In this document: positions 1 through 10,891 of the stretch, in pieces
Layout: the number at the start of each line of letters is the position of its first letter
How positions within the stretch are numbered: position 1 is the stretch's first letter
Source: Bacteroidota bacterium
Lineage (GTDB): Bacteria; Bacteroidota; Bacteroidia; AKYH767-A; 2013-40CM-41-45
NCBI GenBank assembly: GCA_031417555.1
Contig: JANOVV010000028.1
Coordinates: 9,914 to 73,913 of the forward strand
DNA length: 64,000 bases
Direction: 5' to 3'
Notes under the pieces: generated by a model
Seen by the model: only the letters and a program-made list of their open reading frames with translations
Told to the model about the DNA's origin: nothing
Database searches by the model: none
Made by a program: the position numbers and the translations under genes

Positions 1-2
1 TA

Positions 3-917
3 TTGTTTTTAGCGGCAGCATCAGTTATGACCGTAGGGATAATAACTTCTTTTGTTAAAATTTATATTGATTATAATAAAGATGTAATTGAATCTGCCAG
101 AAATTTTTATGGTGTACTTCGTGTAAGTGATGACAATAAAAATTCCAAATACAGGTTCAGGAACCTTTTACATGGCGACATCATGCATGGCGGACAATTT
201 ATGGAGAAAGAATACAATCGATTACCGATTGGTTATTATGGCCCATCAAGTGGAATAGGCCTGGCACTAACTGAGCATCCTTCAAGAACAGATTCGGTAA
301 AAAAAGGAATCAAAGTCGGCATGATTGGACTCGGAGTCGGATGCATTTCAATTTATGGAAATGAAAAAGATGTTTTCAGATATTATGAAATCAATCCCCT
401 CGTTGAAGTAATGGCAAGAAAATATTTTACATACCTGAAAGATAGTAAATTCAGGACGGATGTTATTATTTCTGATGGAAGAACCGCACTCGAGAGAGAA
501 TTGAAAGAAACTGGGAGTCAACAATTCGACGTGCTGGCAATTGATGCTTTCACCGGTGATATGATTCCAACACACCTGTTAACCAAAGAAGCGATTGAAC
601 TTTATTTAAAACATCTTAAAGATGACGGTATTTTGGTTTTTAATATCACCAACAAGTATTTAAATTTATTTTCAGTACTGGAAGGTCAAAGTAAATCGTT
701 AAACATGCCATTGTATTTTTTCCAGCAAGCACCGGATCAAAGTGGTTTAACCTTGGCCTACTGGGCTTTGTTAACTAAAAATGGAAAATTTATTAATAAA
801 GAAATCGTTAAAAAAAATATTGTTAGCTTTAATTCCCAAGATTATCCAACTATATTCTGGACAGATGACTATTCTTCTATTCTTCCTTTGATATGGAAAG
901 AGAAAGATTTTAAGTAA
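3..917 (+). CDS. Spermidine-synthase-like methyltransferase domain, C-terminal part of a membrane-fused protein (5' truncated by the window edge)
   Basis: Motifs RNFYGVLRV, IGLGVG, YEINP, DGR, DAFTGD.IPTHLLT.EA and WTDDYS, typical of fused MFS/spermidine synthase proteins. Confidence 0.75.
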   Translation: MFLAAASVMTVGIITSFVKIYIDYNKDVIESARNFYGVLRVSDDNKNSKYRFRNLLHGDIMHGGQFMEKEYNRLPIGYYGPSSGIGLALTEHPSRTDSVKKGIKVGMIGLGVGCISIYGNEKDVFRYYEINPLVEVMARKYFTYLKDSKFRTDVIISDGRTALERELKETGSQQFDVLAIDAFTGDMIPTHLLTKEAIELYLKHLKDDGILVFNITNKYLNLFSVLEGQSKSLNMPLYFFQQAPDQSGLTLAYWALLTKNGKFINKEIVKKNIVSFNSQDYPTIFWTDDYSSILPLIWKEKDFK

Positions 918-1405
918 AAGTGGTTTTCAAAAAATGAACATTGCATAATTTTTCCTTTCAATATTATATTTTCACTAATTAATATTTTTTCTTTCTAATA
1001 AAATTCGGCGTCTAAAAATATAATGTAAAATTTTTCTAAAGTGTAAGTTTTAGACCAGATCTGTTCTTTTATTAAATTATTTCAACGTTTTTGCCATTTT
1101 AAAAAAAATGATTTATTTATTTGATTTATTTATTGGTAATAGCTGATTATATTTTAATATGTATAACTGTAAGAAATCTGTCGTTTTTTAATGGATAACT
1201 TCTTTTTCTGAAAAAATAAATGTAAGAATTCAGCTTTTTTTTGTGAAAGAAAGATTGTTATCTGCGTATTAAATACTTCAATATTAAGGAAGAGAATTAA
1301 AATAAGCGGATGCAATGTTAATTGAATTAAAAATGACGAATCAGTTTAGAAAAAACAATGCAATCGTTTTTGTTAAATCGAATTAAAAATCTGAACAATC
1401 AGAAA

Positions 1406-1900
1406 ATGAAATTAATTAAATTATTTATTACCATTTTATTTTTTATCATCTGCTTAACGTCGCTCGTCAATGCACAAAGCGGTGTGGTTTCATCCGGTGG
1501 CCGGGTGTCCGGATCAGGCGGAAGTGTGAGTTATTCTATCGGGCAAACGAATGATGTAAGTATAAAAAATAATGTTCGGACAGTTACCCAGGGTTTACAG
1601 CAGCCGTTTGAAATTTTTGTTATTGAAGAAGATTCAATAATAAGAAATGACTTTCAAATATCTGCAACTGCATATCCTAATCCGGCATCTGCATATTTAA
1701 GACTAAGAATTGACGAAGGTAAAATTGAAGATTTATTCTATAAAATTTTCGATGAACAAGGAAGATTAATCTCACAACAAAAAATCGTTGACAAATTAAC
1801 AACCATTTCATTGAATGAGCTTGGGAATTCACTCTACTTCGTTAAAGTATATAAAAGCATTTTTTTAATGAAGTCATTTAAAATAATAAAAAACAATTAA
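1406..1900 (+). CDS. Small secreted protein with a T9SS type A sorting domain
   Basis: Signal peptide from ATG 1406 (MKLIK...VNAQ), motifs SYSIGQ and QGLQQP, C-terminal YPNPA...YFVKV...FKIIK. The ORF-track start at 1358 is probably too early. Confidence 0.8.
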   Translation: MKLIKLFITILFFIICLTSLVNAQSGVVSSGGRVSGSGGSVSYSIGQTNDVSIKNNVRTVTQGLQQPFEIFVIEEDSIIRNDFQISATAYPNPASAYLRLRIDEGKIEDLFYKIFDEQGRLISQQKIVDKLTTISLNELGNSLYFVKVYKSIFLMKSFKIIKNN

Positions 1901-1924
1901 AGTATCAATCTATCAAAACAAGTA

Positions 1925-4900
1925 ATGGAAATGAAAAAAATATTTATATTTTTTATTCTGCTATTTTCAATAGCAAATGTTGCATTAGCACAAGTCCCAA
2001 AGAAAATGAATTATCAGGCGGTGATTCGTAATGGTGATAAAAAGCTTATCATCAATTCTATTGTTGGTATAAGAATAAGTATCATTCAATATCAGCCGGC
2101 TGAAACTCAACTTTTTATTGAAACTCATGCAGCACTATCCAATGAGAATGGTTTAGTCACACTGGAAATCGGTGATGGTTTACCGGTTTTTGGAAGCTTC
2201 CAGACAATTGATTGGAGCATTGGCACTTTCTATATTAAAACAGAATTTGACCCGCTTGGTGGTACTGATTATTCCATTTCTGGAATTCAACAATTATTAA
2301 GTGTTCCTTATGCATTATATGCAGAGACATCAGGAAATTCAACTCCCGGTCCAACCGGCCAAACCGGCCCTCAAGGTCCACAAGGGCCAATTGGTTTAAC
2401 TGGTCCTACAGGTCCACTGGGTGCTCAAGGCCCTATTGGTTTAACAGGTGCCACCGGAGGAAATGGTAATGACGGAGCAACAGGCCCGCAAGGTATTGCA
2501 GGTCCTCAAGGAATAGCCGGCCCGCAAGGTCCTATTGGTTTAACAGGTGCCACAGGAGGAAATGGTAATGATGGTGCAACCGGTCCTCAAGGAATTGCAG
2601 GACCACAAGGTGTTGCCGGTCCTCAGGGTCCAATAGGTTTAAATGGAGCAAATGGTAATGATGGAGCTACCGGCCCTCAAGGAATTGCAGGACCACAAGG
2701 TATTGCCGGACCTCAGGGTCCAATAGGTTTAAATGGAGCAAATGGTAATGATGGCGCAACCGGTCCTCAAGGAATTGCAGGTGCACAAGGCATAGCCGGT
2801 CCTCAGGGTCCGATTGGTTTAACAGGTACTACAGGAAATGATGGTGCAACCGGTCCGCAAGGAATTGCCGGTGCACAAGGTATAGCCGGCCCACAAGGTC
2901 CGATTGGTTTAACAGGAGCGACAGGTGCTGATGGTCCGACTGGTCCAACAGGATCACAAGGTATTGCTGGACCACAAGGTCCGATTGGTTTAACAGGAGC
3001 AAACGGTAATGATGGAGCAACCGGTCCTCAAGGTATTGCAGGTGCACAAGGTATAGCCGGCCCTCAGGGTCCGATTGGTTTAACCGGTGCAACCGGAGCC
3101 GATGGTCCAACTGGTCTAACAGGTTCACAAGGTATAGCCGGCCCTCAAGGTCCGATAGGTTTAACAGGAGCAACCGGTAATGATGGAGCAACAGGTCCAC
3201 AAGGTATTGCAGGTGCTCAAGGTGTTGCCGGAGCACAAGGTCCGATAGGTTTAACAGGAGCAACCGGAGCCGATGGTCCAACTGGTCTAACAGGTTCACA
3301 AGGTATAGCCGGCCCTCAAGGTCCGATAGGTTTAACAGGAGCAACCGGAGCCGATGGTCCAACTGGTTTAACAGGTTCGCAAGGTATAGCCGGTCCGCAA
3401 GGTCCGATTGGTTTAACCGGTGCAACCGGAGCCGATGGTCCAACTGGTTTAACAGGTTCACAAGGTATAGCCGGCCCTCAAGGTCCGATAGGTTTAACAG
3501 GAGCAACAGGTGCCGATGGTCCAACTGGTTTAACAGGTTCGCAAGGTATAGCCGGCCCACAAGGTCCGATAGGTTTAACAGGAGCTACAGGTCCACAAGG
3601 TATTGCAGGTGCTCAAGGTGTTGCCGGCCCTCAAGGTCCTATTGGTTTAACAGGTGCAACAGGTGCAGATGGTCCGACAGGTCCACAAGGTGTTGCCGGC
3701 CCTCAAGGTCCGATAGGTCTAACAGGAGCAACAGGTAATGATGGAGCTACAGGTCCACAAGGCATTGCAGGTGCTCAAGGTGTTGCCGGCCATCAAGGTC
3801 CTATTGGTTTAACAGGTGCAACAGGTGCAGATGGTCCGACAGGTCCACAAGGTGTTGCCGGTCCGCAAGGTCCGCAAGGTTCTCAAGGTCCTCAAGGTAT
3901 ACAGGGTGTTCCCGGTGCGGACGGATTGACATCATTAAATGGAATGACAGGACCTATTACATTATTTGGAACACCCAATCAAATAGATGTTGCTAATATT
4001 CCCGCATCAGGCGCAGTCGTATTCTCTACTCCTCAAAATATTCACACAGCTGCTTCTCCGACCTTTGCAGGTCTTACCCTTACTTCATATTCAAGTAACG
4101 GCGGCCCGCTCTATACAAATGGAAGTGGAGTACTTGCGCAAGTACCCGCAGGAGCAGCAACCGCTGTTCTTCACGGCGGCACCTCACCATCATTCAGCGC
4201 CGTGAACCTGGCCACCGATATCAGCGGTATCTTACCCGTTGTTAACGGAGGAACAGGTTTAAACACAGTGCCGTCGAATGGAAATATCCTGATCGGAAAC
4301 GGTGCAAATTACACGTTGACAGGATTAACAGGTACTGCAAACCAGATATCCATTACGAATGGAGCGGGGTCTATTACGTTGGCAACGCCACAGAATATTA
4401 ACGTCGCAGCAACACCTACATTTTCAGGACTCACACTATCTTCTTTTGCTAGCAATGGGGGACCGCTCTTTACGAATGGAAGCGGATTGCTTTCACAGGC
4501 AACAGCAGGAACAGCCACGCAGGTATTACATGGCGGTGCATCGCCGTCTTATGGCGCATTGAATCTCGCAACAGATGCCACAGGCATTGTGCCTTCTGCG
4601 AATGGAGGAACAGGAATAAACAATGGGGCCAGCACGATTACGCTGGGAGGAAATTTAACTACCTCTGGAGCCAATGCTTTGACATTTACTACCACGGGTG
4701 CAACCAACGTAACGTTGCCAACTTCCGGAACACTTGTCAATACAGGTGTAACTACCCTATCATCCTTATCAAGCATAGGCACCGTAACAACCGGAATCTG
4801 GAATGCTAACAAAATTGGCCTGGCATACGGTGGAACCAATACCGATTTATCCGGAGGAGCTGCTGTCGGAGATATGCTTTATGCAGACGCGCCAACTACG

Positions 4901-6313
4901 TTTGCACGACTTGCTGATGTAGCAACAGGAAATTGTCTAATCAGTGGAGGTGTCGGCGTTGCTCCTTCTTGGGGAAAAGTATCGCTAAGCACTGCAATCA
5001 GCGGAACATTAGGAGTAACTAACGGAGGTACGGGTTTAAACACAGCACCGGCAAATGGAAACCTACTCATTGGAAACGGAGCCAATTATACATCAGCCGG
5101 ATTGACAGGAACCGCTAATCAAATATCAGTGACCAATGGGGCGGGTACAATTACCTTATCTACTCCTCAAAATATTCATTCGGGTGCATCACCCACATTT
5201 ACTGGACTTTCTCTAGGAGCATTCACAAGCAATGGCGGACCGCTTTATACAAATGGAAGCGGCGTACTTGCCCAGGCAACTGCAGGAAGTGCTACACAGG
5301 TTTTGCATGGAGGAGTAAATCCGACTTTCAGTTCATTAAGCCTTGCAAACGATGTTACAGGTATTTTGGCTGCGGGAAGCGGAGGAACGGGAGTAAACAA
5401 TGGAGCAAGCACTATTACACTCGGAGGTAATTTTACAACTTCCGGTGCCAATGCACTGACATTTACTACCACCGGAGCAACCAACGTTACACTTCCTACT
5501 TCAGGAACGCTTGTAAATTCAGGGGTTACCACCTTATCTTCTTTGGCAAGCATAGGAACAGTTACTACGGGAACATGGAATGCAACCAGGATCGGTCTTG
5601 CCTACGGCGGAACAAATACCGATTTATCTGGAGGTGCGGCTATCGGAGACATACTCTTTGCCAATTCAACGACATCTTTCGCACGTATTGCAGGTGTGGC
5701 AACGGGTAATTCTTTAATCAGCGGCGGCGTGGGTGTATCTCCATCATGGGGAAAAATAGGACTCACAACACATGTTTCTGGAACTTTGCCTGTAGCAAAT
5801 GGCGGTACAGGACAAACATCTTATACTGACGGAGAATTGCTTATCGGTAATACAACAGGTAATACATTGACAAAAGCGACGCTGACAGCCGGCCCCGGAA
5901 TAAACATTACAAATGGAAATGGTTCCATTACCATTACAAACAGTTTAGCTACTAATATTACACAAGTAACCGGAACTGCGGCGATAACAACAACTAGTAT
6001 CACCGACGTAACATTATCAACTCCTATGTCAGTTACACCTGGTGCCGGGGATTATATTGTATCATTTACCGGTTCAGTTGCTAACTCAAATAGTGGAAAG
6101 GGTGTAACGGTTTCTATTTATGTAAACGGAAGTCAACTCACCTATACCCAAGCGACGGGTACATCTTCAAATGCCAATGATAAGCAATCGGTCGCTTTCA
6201 ATGCATATGTTACAAGTTTGGGAGCCGGTCAGCCAATCGAAGTTTATTGGAGAGCAGAATCCAATACAGCGACATTAACAAACAGGTGCTTAATCGTTCG
6301 TAAAGTGAATTAA
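1925..6313 (+). CDS. Secreted collagen-like fibre protein (1462 aa)
   Basis: Signal peptide, N-domain NYQAVIRN...SVPYALYA, long Gly-X-Y tract, then G/T/S/A-rich repeated C-terminal modules. Confidence 0.9.
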   Translation: MEMKKIFIFFILLFSIANVALAQVPKKMNYQAVIRNGDKKLIINSIVGIRISIIQYQPAETQLFIETHAALSNENGLVTLEIGDGLPVFGSFQTIDWSIGTFYIKTEFDPLGGTDYSISGIQQLLSVPYALYAETSGNSTPGPTGQTGPQGPQGPIGLTGPTGPLGAQGPIGLTGATGGNGNDGATGPQGIAGPQGIAGPQGPIGLTGATGGNGNDGATGPQGIAGPQGVAGPQGPIGLNGANGNDGATGPQGIAGPQGIAGPQGPIGLNGANGNDGATGPQGIAGAQGIAGPQGPIGLTGTTGNDGATGPQGIAGAQGIAGPQGPIGLTGATGADGPTGPTGSQGIAGPQGPIGLTGANGNDGATGPQGIAGAQGIAGPQGPIGLTGATGADGPTGLTGSQGIAGPQGPIGLTGATGNDGATGPQGIAGAQGVAGAQGPIGLTGATGADGPTGLTGSQGIAGPQGPIGLTGATGADGPTGLTGSQGIAGPQGPIGLTGATGADGPTGLTGSQGIAGPQGPIGLTGATGADGPTGLTGSQGIAGPQGPIGLTGATGPQGIAGAQGVAGPQGPIGLTGATGADGPTGPQGVAGPQGPIGLTGATGNDGATGPQGIAGAQGVAGHQGPIGLTGATGADGPTGPQGVAGPQGPQGSQGPQGIQGVPGADGLTSLNGMTGPITLFGTPNQIDVANIPASGAVVFSTPQNIHTAASPTFAGLTLTSYSSNGGPLYTNGSGVLAQVPAGAATAVLHGGTSPSFSAVNLATDISGILPVVNGGTGLNTVPSNGNILIGNGANYTLTGLTGTANQISITNGAGSITLATPQNINVAATPTFSGLTLSSFASNGGPLFTNGSGLLSQATAGTATQVLHGGASPSYGALNLATDATGIVPSANGGTGINNGASTITLGGNLTTSGANALTFTTTGATNVTLPTSGTLVNTGVTTLSSLSSIGTVTTGIWNANKIGLAYGGTNTDLSGGAAVGDMLYADAPTTFARLADVATGNCLISGGVGVAPSWGKVSLSTAISGTLGVTNGGTGLNTAPANGNLLIGNGANYTSAGLTGTANQISVTNGAGTITLSTPQNIHSGASPTFTGLSLGAFTSNGGPLYTNGSGVLAQATAGSATQVLHGGVNPTFSSLSLANDVTGILAAGSGGTGVNNGASTITLGGNFTTSGANALTFTTTGATNVTLPTSGTLVNSGVTTLSSLASIGTVTTGTWNATRIGLAYGGTNTDLSGGAAIGDILFANSTTSFARIAGVATGNSLISGGVGVSPSWGKIGLTTHVSGTLPVANGGTGQTSYTDGELLIGNTTGNTLTKATLTAGPGINITNGNGSITITNSLATNITQVTGTAAITTTSITDVTLSTPMSVTPGAGDYIVSFTGSVANSNSGKGVTVSIYVNGSQLTYTQATGTSSNANDKQSVAFNAYVTSLGAGQPIEVYWRAESNTATLTNRCLIVRKVN
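2348..3931 (+). repeat. Collagen Gly-X-Y repeat, 176 in-phase triplets
   Basis: First Gly codon at 2348 and last at 3923 (1575 nt = 175 x 9). Recurring unit [18 protein letters not shown]. Confidence 0.9.
4220..5780 (+). repeat. Intragenic 777-bp (259-aa) tandem duplication; boundaries approximate
   Basis: TPQNI at 4385 and 5162 and [16 protein letters not shown] at 4604 and 5381 are both offset by 777 nt. A further partial copy has TPQNI at 4028. Confidence 0.85.
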
Positions 6314-6580
6314 TTTCTGATTTGTTGCAAGAAGAAAATAATTGGCTTTGCTTTCAACTGTAAAAGTGATTTTATATATTGTATTATTATGAAAATAATT
6401 GATTGAAAATTTCAGGCTTGCAGTACATTCATTATTGACAAATTCTTAAGTATGAAAAATGAAACTTGGAAATGACACTGGATTCTATTTCAACTCGAGA
6501 ATTAGTCTAATTTACAAAAGCAGTCTAGAAATCTACAGTTACATTTCTGGCAGAGAGGAATATCCGATTTCTGTTAATGT

Positions 6581-7756
6581 CTAATCCCCATTCATTAAAT
6601 CATTCAGCAAATCCTGGCTGGAAGAAAAATCTTCACCTTCCTTTTTTGCAAGTTCAATGGCATGATTAGCCATCACAATAGCCTCTTTCTTTTTGCCAAG
6701 CTTTTTAAGCAGGTTAGCATACGTATCCGTGTTATAATACTTATCTTCCAAAGCCACCGATTGAGCAATCCATCTTTCTGCTTCAGCTAATTGGTTTTTA
6801 TCATTGATATGTTGAAAATACGTCCAGCAAACTGCATTCAACTTTTTAGGATCATCGAGGAAGTGTTTATTGATGTAATCATGTGCAAGTTCTGCATACC
6901 TTGAATAATTTTTATTTCCCTTGTAATAGTTCATCTCTTCACTTAGTCCTTGTTTAAATAACTCCTTATTATTACTCTCTTTTAATTTAGCAATTGCTTT
7001 TTTTAATAAGATGGAATCTTTTTGTTGCCGTGCAAAAGAAAGACTGCTAATCGCCAGTTCGTCAAATACTACTTGCACGCTGTCCTTTCCATAACGTTCA
7101 TTAAAAGATGGAAGCATTCTTGTCATAACTCCATAAGTATAACTATTAATGTTCGGAGTAAACTCAAGTATGGCATTCCAGTTTTTTTCTTCTGCTAAAT
7201 CTTTTTCAGGCAAAGTCCTGAAATATTCATCCGCTACTGTTTGGTAATTCATATCGTATGCAGACTTCAGTGATGATGCATAGTTTAAAAGCAATTCCTG
7301 ATCGCGGTTACCTGCTTCATATTGAGTCTTCATATAACTCAGGTTTTTATTTGGATTCATTGCTTTTTCTGCTATGGTCAAAAACTCGCCGGAACTCACA
7401 CTGCCGACAGATCGATGAACCTGTTTACCTGTCTGATCAATCCATAGATAGGTTGGATAATTCTTTATACTATATTTTTTTGCAATGTCTAGTCCTTCCC
7501 CTTTTTCCATATCGAGCTCCAGACAAATAAAATTTTTATTAAAAGAACCGTATACTGCTTCGTCGGTAAATACATTTGCTGTCATCCATTTGCAAGGTCC
7601 ACACCAGGTTGTATAACAGTCGACAAAGAGGAGTGTGTGTTGTTCGTTAGCCTTAGCAAGTGCTTCAGAAAATGTTCCTTTAAAAAACTGAATTCCTTCT
7701 TCAGCGTTTACAGAGGTTAGTCGGCACAACAAGAAAACAATGATTAGCTTTTTCAT
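6581..7756 (-). CDS. Exported thioredoxin-family protein with a helical/TPR-like C-terminus
   Basis: WCGPC motif and a signal peptide from ATG 7756. A TAAATTTG -7 box at 7775-7782 overlaps the longer ORF-track start. Confidence 0.8.
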   Translation of the reverse strand: MKKLIIVFLLCRLTSVNAEEGIQFFKGTFSEALAKANEQHTLLFVDCYTTWCGPCKWMTANVFTDEAVYGSFNKNFICLELDMEKGEGLDIAKKYSIKNYPTYLWIDQTGKQVHRSVGSVSSGEFLTIAEKAMNPNKNLSYMKTQYEAGNRDQELLLNYASSLKSAYDMNYQTVADEYFRTLPEKDLAEEKNWNAILEFTPNINSYTYGVMTRMLPSFNERYGKDSVQVVFDELAISSLSFARQQKDSILLKKAIAKLKESNNKELFKQGLSEEMNYYKGNKNYSRYAELAHDYINKHFLDDPKKLNAVCWTYFQHINDKNQLAEAERWIAQSVALEDKYYNTDTYANLLKKLGKKKEAIVMANHAIELAKKEGEDFSSSQDLLNDLMNGD

Positions 7757-7801
7757 ACTTTTAATTTTACCATACAAATTTATAATTTATTTCTTAAGTA
7801 C

Positions 7802-8713
7802 CTAATCATGCGAAGTTTGCTCCATCACTTTAAAAATATGAAGCAAGTATGGAAAAAGTGCATCCATACTTTCACTTGCACCTCGTGTTGAACCGGGCAA
7901 AGCAATTATGAGGGTGTTTCCTTTCATCCCAGCCAGACTTCTCGATAACATGGAGTAGGGCATTTGTTCCTGGCCATAATTTCTCGCAGCTTCTCCGATG
8001 CCGGGTATTTCGCGATCTAATAATGGACGGATTGCTTCAGGTGTAATATCTCTTGCCGATAAACCTGTGCCACCTGTGAGAATGATTAAATCAATTTTCG
8101 AATTATAAAGTGCCAATACTTTTTCCTGTATGTTTTTAATTTCATCAGGGATTATGCTGTAATCGTCAATGGTTACATTTAACTTTTCCAGTCTGCTGAT
8201 TATTGCTTTACCGGCAAAGTCTTTCTTTTTCCCTGCTGAAATACTATCAGAACACACAATGACGGAAGATTTAATAGTACGGCTAAGTTTGTCAACGTAC
8301 TGTGACTTGCCTCCTTTTTTGCTTAATAATTTAATACTTAAAATTTCAATTTCTTTGTCAATCGGTTTTAGCATATCGTAAATAGTTAGCGCTACCACCG
8401 ATGCCCCATGCATAGCTTCAACTTCAACGCCTGTGCGGTAAATAGTATGAACCTCTATTTCAATAAAAATTTCCAGTCCTTCAATTCTATGCGAAACGGA
8501 TGCATACTCTATAGGTAGCGGATGACAATCAGGAATCATATCGCTTGTTCTCTTAATGCCAAATAATCCGGCTACACGGCTTGCTTCAATAACATCACCT
8601 TTTGGTACTGTTTTATTTTTTATTGCATCGATCGTTTCCTGCTTACTAACTTTTACTATAGCCTGAGCAATGGCAGAACGGTGAGTTTTAATTTTAGTAG
8701 TAATGTCAATCAT
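7802..8713 (-). CDS. moaCB: Bifunctional Moco biosynthesis protein MoaC/MoaB
   Basis: [14 protein letters not shown] and TGVEVEAM (MoaC), followed by [15 protein letters not shown] and LPGS (MoaB/MogA). Confidence 0.92.
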   Translation of the reverse strand: MIDITTKIKTHRSAIAQAIVKVSKQETIDAIKNKTVPKGDVIEASRVAGLFGIKRTSDMIPDCHPLPIEYASVSHRIEGLEIFIEIEVHTIYRTGVEVEAMHGASVVALTIYDMLKPIDKEIEILSIKLLSKKGGKSQYVDKLSRTIKSSVIVCSDSISAGKKKDFAGKAIISRLEKLNVTIDDYSIIPDEIKNIQEKVLALYNSKIDLIILTGGTGLSARDITPEAIRPLLDREIPGIGEAARNYGQEQMPYSMLSRSLAGMKGNTLIIALPGSTRGASESMDALFPYLLHIFKVMEQTSHD

Positions 8714-8728
8714 AATAATGTAAATTAT

Positions 8729-9157
8729 TTAACTGTTAATTTTCCATTGCGAGCTTTCATCTTCAAAAATTTCTTTTCCCCAAACCGGAACTTCTTTTTT
8801 AATTTTCTCAACGATCTCCTCACAAGCTTTGATTGCATCTTTGCGGTGAACAGAAGAAGTAAAAACAAATAAACTTATTTCTCCTGCATTTACTTTTCCG
8901 ATGCTATGATAAATATGCATACAGGTTAGGGAATATTTTTTGAAAGCATCTTCGCGTAATTGGTGAAATTTATCTTCTGCCATTTCAAGATATGAAGTAT
9001 AGTCAATGGCTTTCACTTTTTTATCGTTGATAATATCATTGCGAACTTGTCCCAGGAAAATACTGTGTGCTCCAATATTTTTTTTAGAATTGTGTTTTGC
9101 AATTGACTCACCAATAAACGCCGGTGAAATTGCACCTTCTACCATTACTTTTTTCAT
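8729..9157 (-). CDS. moaE: Molybdopterin synthase catalytic subunit
   Basis: FLGQVRND, HR..A and IKKEVPVWGKE motifs; Moco cluster context. Confidence 0.92.
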   Translation of the reverse strand: MKKVMVEGAISPAFIGESIAKHNSKKNIGAHSIFLGQVRNDIINDKKVKAIDYTSYLEMAEDKFHQLREDAFKKYSLTCMHIYHSIGKVNAGEISLFVFTSSVHRKDAIKACEEIVEKIKKEVPVWGKEIFEDESSQWKINS

Positions 9158-9187
9158 AATTATTATCTTTGATTTTAATAATTTTTA

Positions 9188-9421
9188 TTATCCTCCGGAA
9201 TAGGGTGGAAGTAAAGCCACCGTATCGTTCGGATTTAGTTCTGTATTATTAATAATAACATTTTTATTTACAGCCATAACAAAATTAATTTTCGGTAATG
9301 AAGGAAATTGTTCTGCTAATTTCTTCATTAATTCATCCGTATTTTTTACGCCGGATATTTTCCATGACTGACTCCCGGTAAGTTCAACAATTTGTCCGAA
9401 AGCAATTATATTAATTTCCAT
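9188..9421 (-). CDS. moaD: Molybdopterin synthase sulfur carrier
   Basis: 77 aa ending in VALLPPYSGG. Confidence 0.92.
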   Translation of the reverse strand: MEINIIAFGQIVELTGSQSWKISGVKNTDELMKKLAEQFPSLPKINFVMAVNKNVIINNTELNPNDTVALLPPYSGG

Positions 9422-10010
9422 TTTTTATTAGATTAATTGCGTTGTCTAAATCTTTATTCGTATTGATGTTCATGAAAAAATTTTTATCAAATAGAATATT
9501 ATCATTTACATTGATGATGTTTAATTCAAAGTGCAAAATCATTTCTTTCAATTTAATTTTTCTCTGTTGAATGAGTTCATTCCACTTATTCAGACAATTT
9601 TTAGAATAAACTCCAACCAAAGGTTCAGTTATTCCATCCTTTTCAGGAACTGTAATTTGTGAATGGATCGAGTGTTGTATAATATATTGTATACCATCTT
9701 TATTGATATAAGGCATATCGCAGCTTACAATAAAATTTAATTCTTCTTTTGTATGACTTAAGGCTGTATAAATTCCTCCGGCCGGGCCAATGTCTTTTAT
9801 TAAATCATTGATTACTTCGAAACCAAATTTTTCGTATTCAATATTATTAGATACGATTACCAATTGATTTACTTTTGGCTGCAGTTGTTCAATAATATAT
9901 TCAATGATTGCTTTATTGTTATAGTTTATCAATCCTTTGTCCTTACCCATTCTTGAACTTTTCCCGCCTGCAAGTATATAGCCGCTAATATTATTTAATT
10001 TTTTATCCAT
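9411..10010 (-). CDS. mobA: Molybdenum cofactor guanylyltransferase
   Basis: ILAGGKSSRMGKDK, GPAGGI, SCDMP and NINT motifs. Confidence 0.92.
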   Translation of the reverse strand: MDKKLNNISGYILAGGKSSRMGKDKGLINYNNKAIIEYIIEQLQPKVNQLVIVSNNIEYEKFGFEVINDLIKDIGPAGGIYTALSHTKEELNFIVSCDMPYINKDGIQYIIQHSIHSQITVPEKDGITEPLVGVYSKNCLNKWNELIQQRKIKLKEMILHFELNIINVNDNILFDKNFFMNINTNKDLDNAINLIKNGN

Positions 10011-10013
10011 TGC

Positions 10014-10745
10014 TTAAGTAAATATTAATTTGGCTGAAGCAATTATCAGTACAATTGATAATAAATATTTTAGTTTAATTGTATTAAATTTTTTTGCGCC
10101 GAAATAAGATCCTGCAAATCCACCGATCAATGCAATAGCCAGCATCAATTCCATGGTGCTGGTAAAGTTAATGCCATGTATCATTGATCCCGATAACCCG
10201 GCCAGGCTATTAACAAATATGAATAAGGCTGAAACGGCTGCTGTTTGTTTCATATCTGCCCAATGTAAAAGTAATATCAAAGGACTTAATATTATTCCGC
10301 CACCGATACCAATCATTCCTGAAAACAAACCAATGATTAAGCCTATAATTAAAGAGACTATCAAATTTTGTTTTTTTCTAACTTCCAGCAACTGATCATT
10401 AAATCCAATCAGTTTTACCACTGAAAATAGAAGTAAAACAGCTAATATTTTTTTATATACACCCTCATCAATATGAATATTTCCACCAATAAATGCTGCA
10501 GGGATAGAAGTTATCGCAAAAGGCCAAAATAATTTCCATTGAAAATAGCCGTTTTTATAATATTGAATGAATGCAATTAACGAAACAAATAAATTCAATA
10601 ATAGTGCTGTCGGTCGCATGATATCCGGAGTAAAAAAAAAGCATGCCATCAATGCCAGATAACCACTCGCACCTCCATGCCCGACCGAGGCATACAAAAA
10701 TGAAACAATCAATAATAAAATATAAAATAAAATTTCTCCAGACAT
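10014..10745 (-). CDS. TauE/SafE-family (TSUP) membrane transporter
   Basis: Multi-pass hydrophobic protein with GHGGASG and SGMIGIGGG motifs. Confidence 0.85.
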   Translation of the reverse strand: MSGEILFYILLLIVSFLYASVGHGGASGYLALMACFFFTPDIMRPTALLLNLFVSLIAFIQYYKNGYFQWKLFWPFAITSIPAAFIGGNIHIDEGVYKKILAVLLLFSVVKLIGFNDQLLEVRKKQNLIVSLIIGLIIGLFSGMIGIGGGIILSPLILLLHWADMKQTAAVSALFIFVNSLAGLSGSMIHGINFTSTMELMLAIALIGGFAGSYFGAKKFNTIKLKYLLSIVLIIASAKLIFT

Positions 10746-10880
10746 ACCTTCTAAAATTTATTCTTTAATAGTGATTAAAATTTTTCAAATTCTTTATAGT
10801 AATTCTTTTCTTCCCGGCCCGATCAGGTGAACTTTATTATTTTCTATCCATAAATGTCCTTTAGTTTTTAATTTTGACAT
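10746..10880 (-). pseudogene. modE: Remnant of a ModE-type winged-helix regulator
   Basis: Hand translation gives MSKLKTKGHLWIENNKVHLIGPGRKELL*RI*KILITIKE*ILEG. LWIE...GPGR.ELL matches the ModE N-terminus; there are three in-frame stops. Confidence 0.7.
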
Positions 10881-10891
10881 GTATTAATAAT

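Noticed and set aside
1020-1232. Several TGTAA(G) words upstream of the T9SS/collagen pair
   Set aside because: Spacings are irregular (18, 126 and 53 bp) and expected by chance in AT-rich DNA, so this is not the island module.
2829-3560. 243-aa Leu/His/Gln-rich minus-strand ORF and other short ORFs in 3987-6003
   Set aside because: These are antisense or off-frame shadows of the collagen and Gly/Thr-rich repeats.
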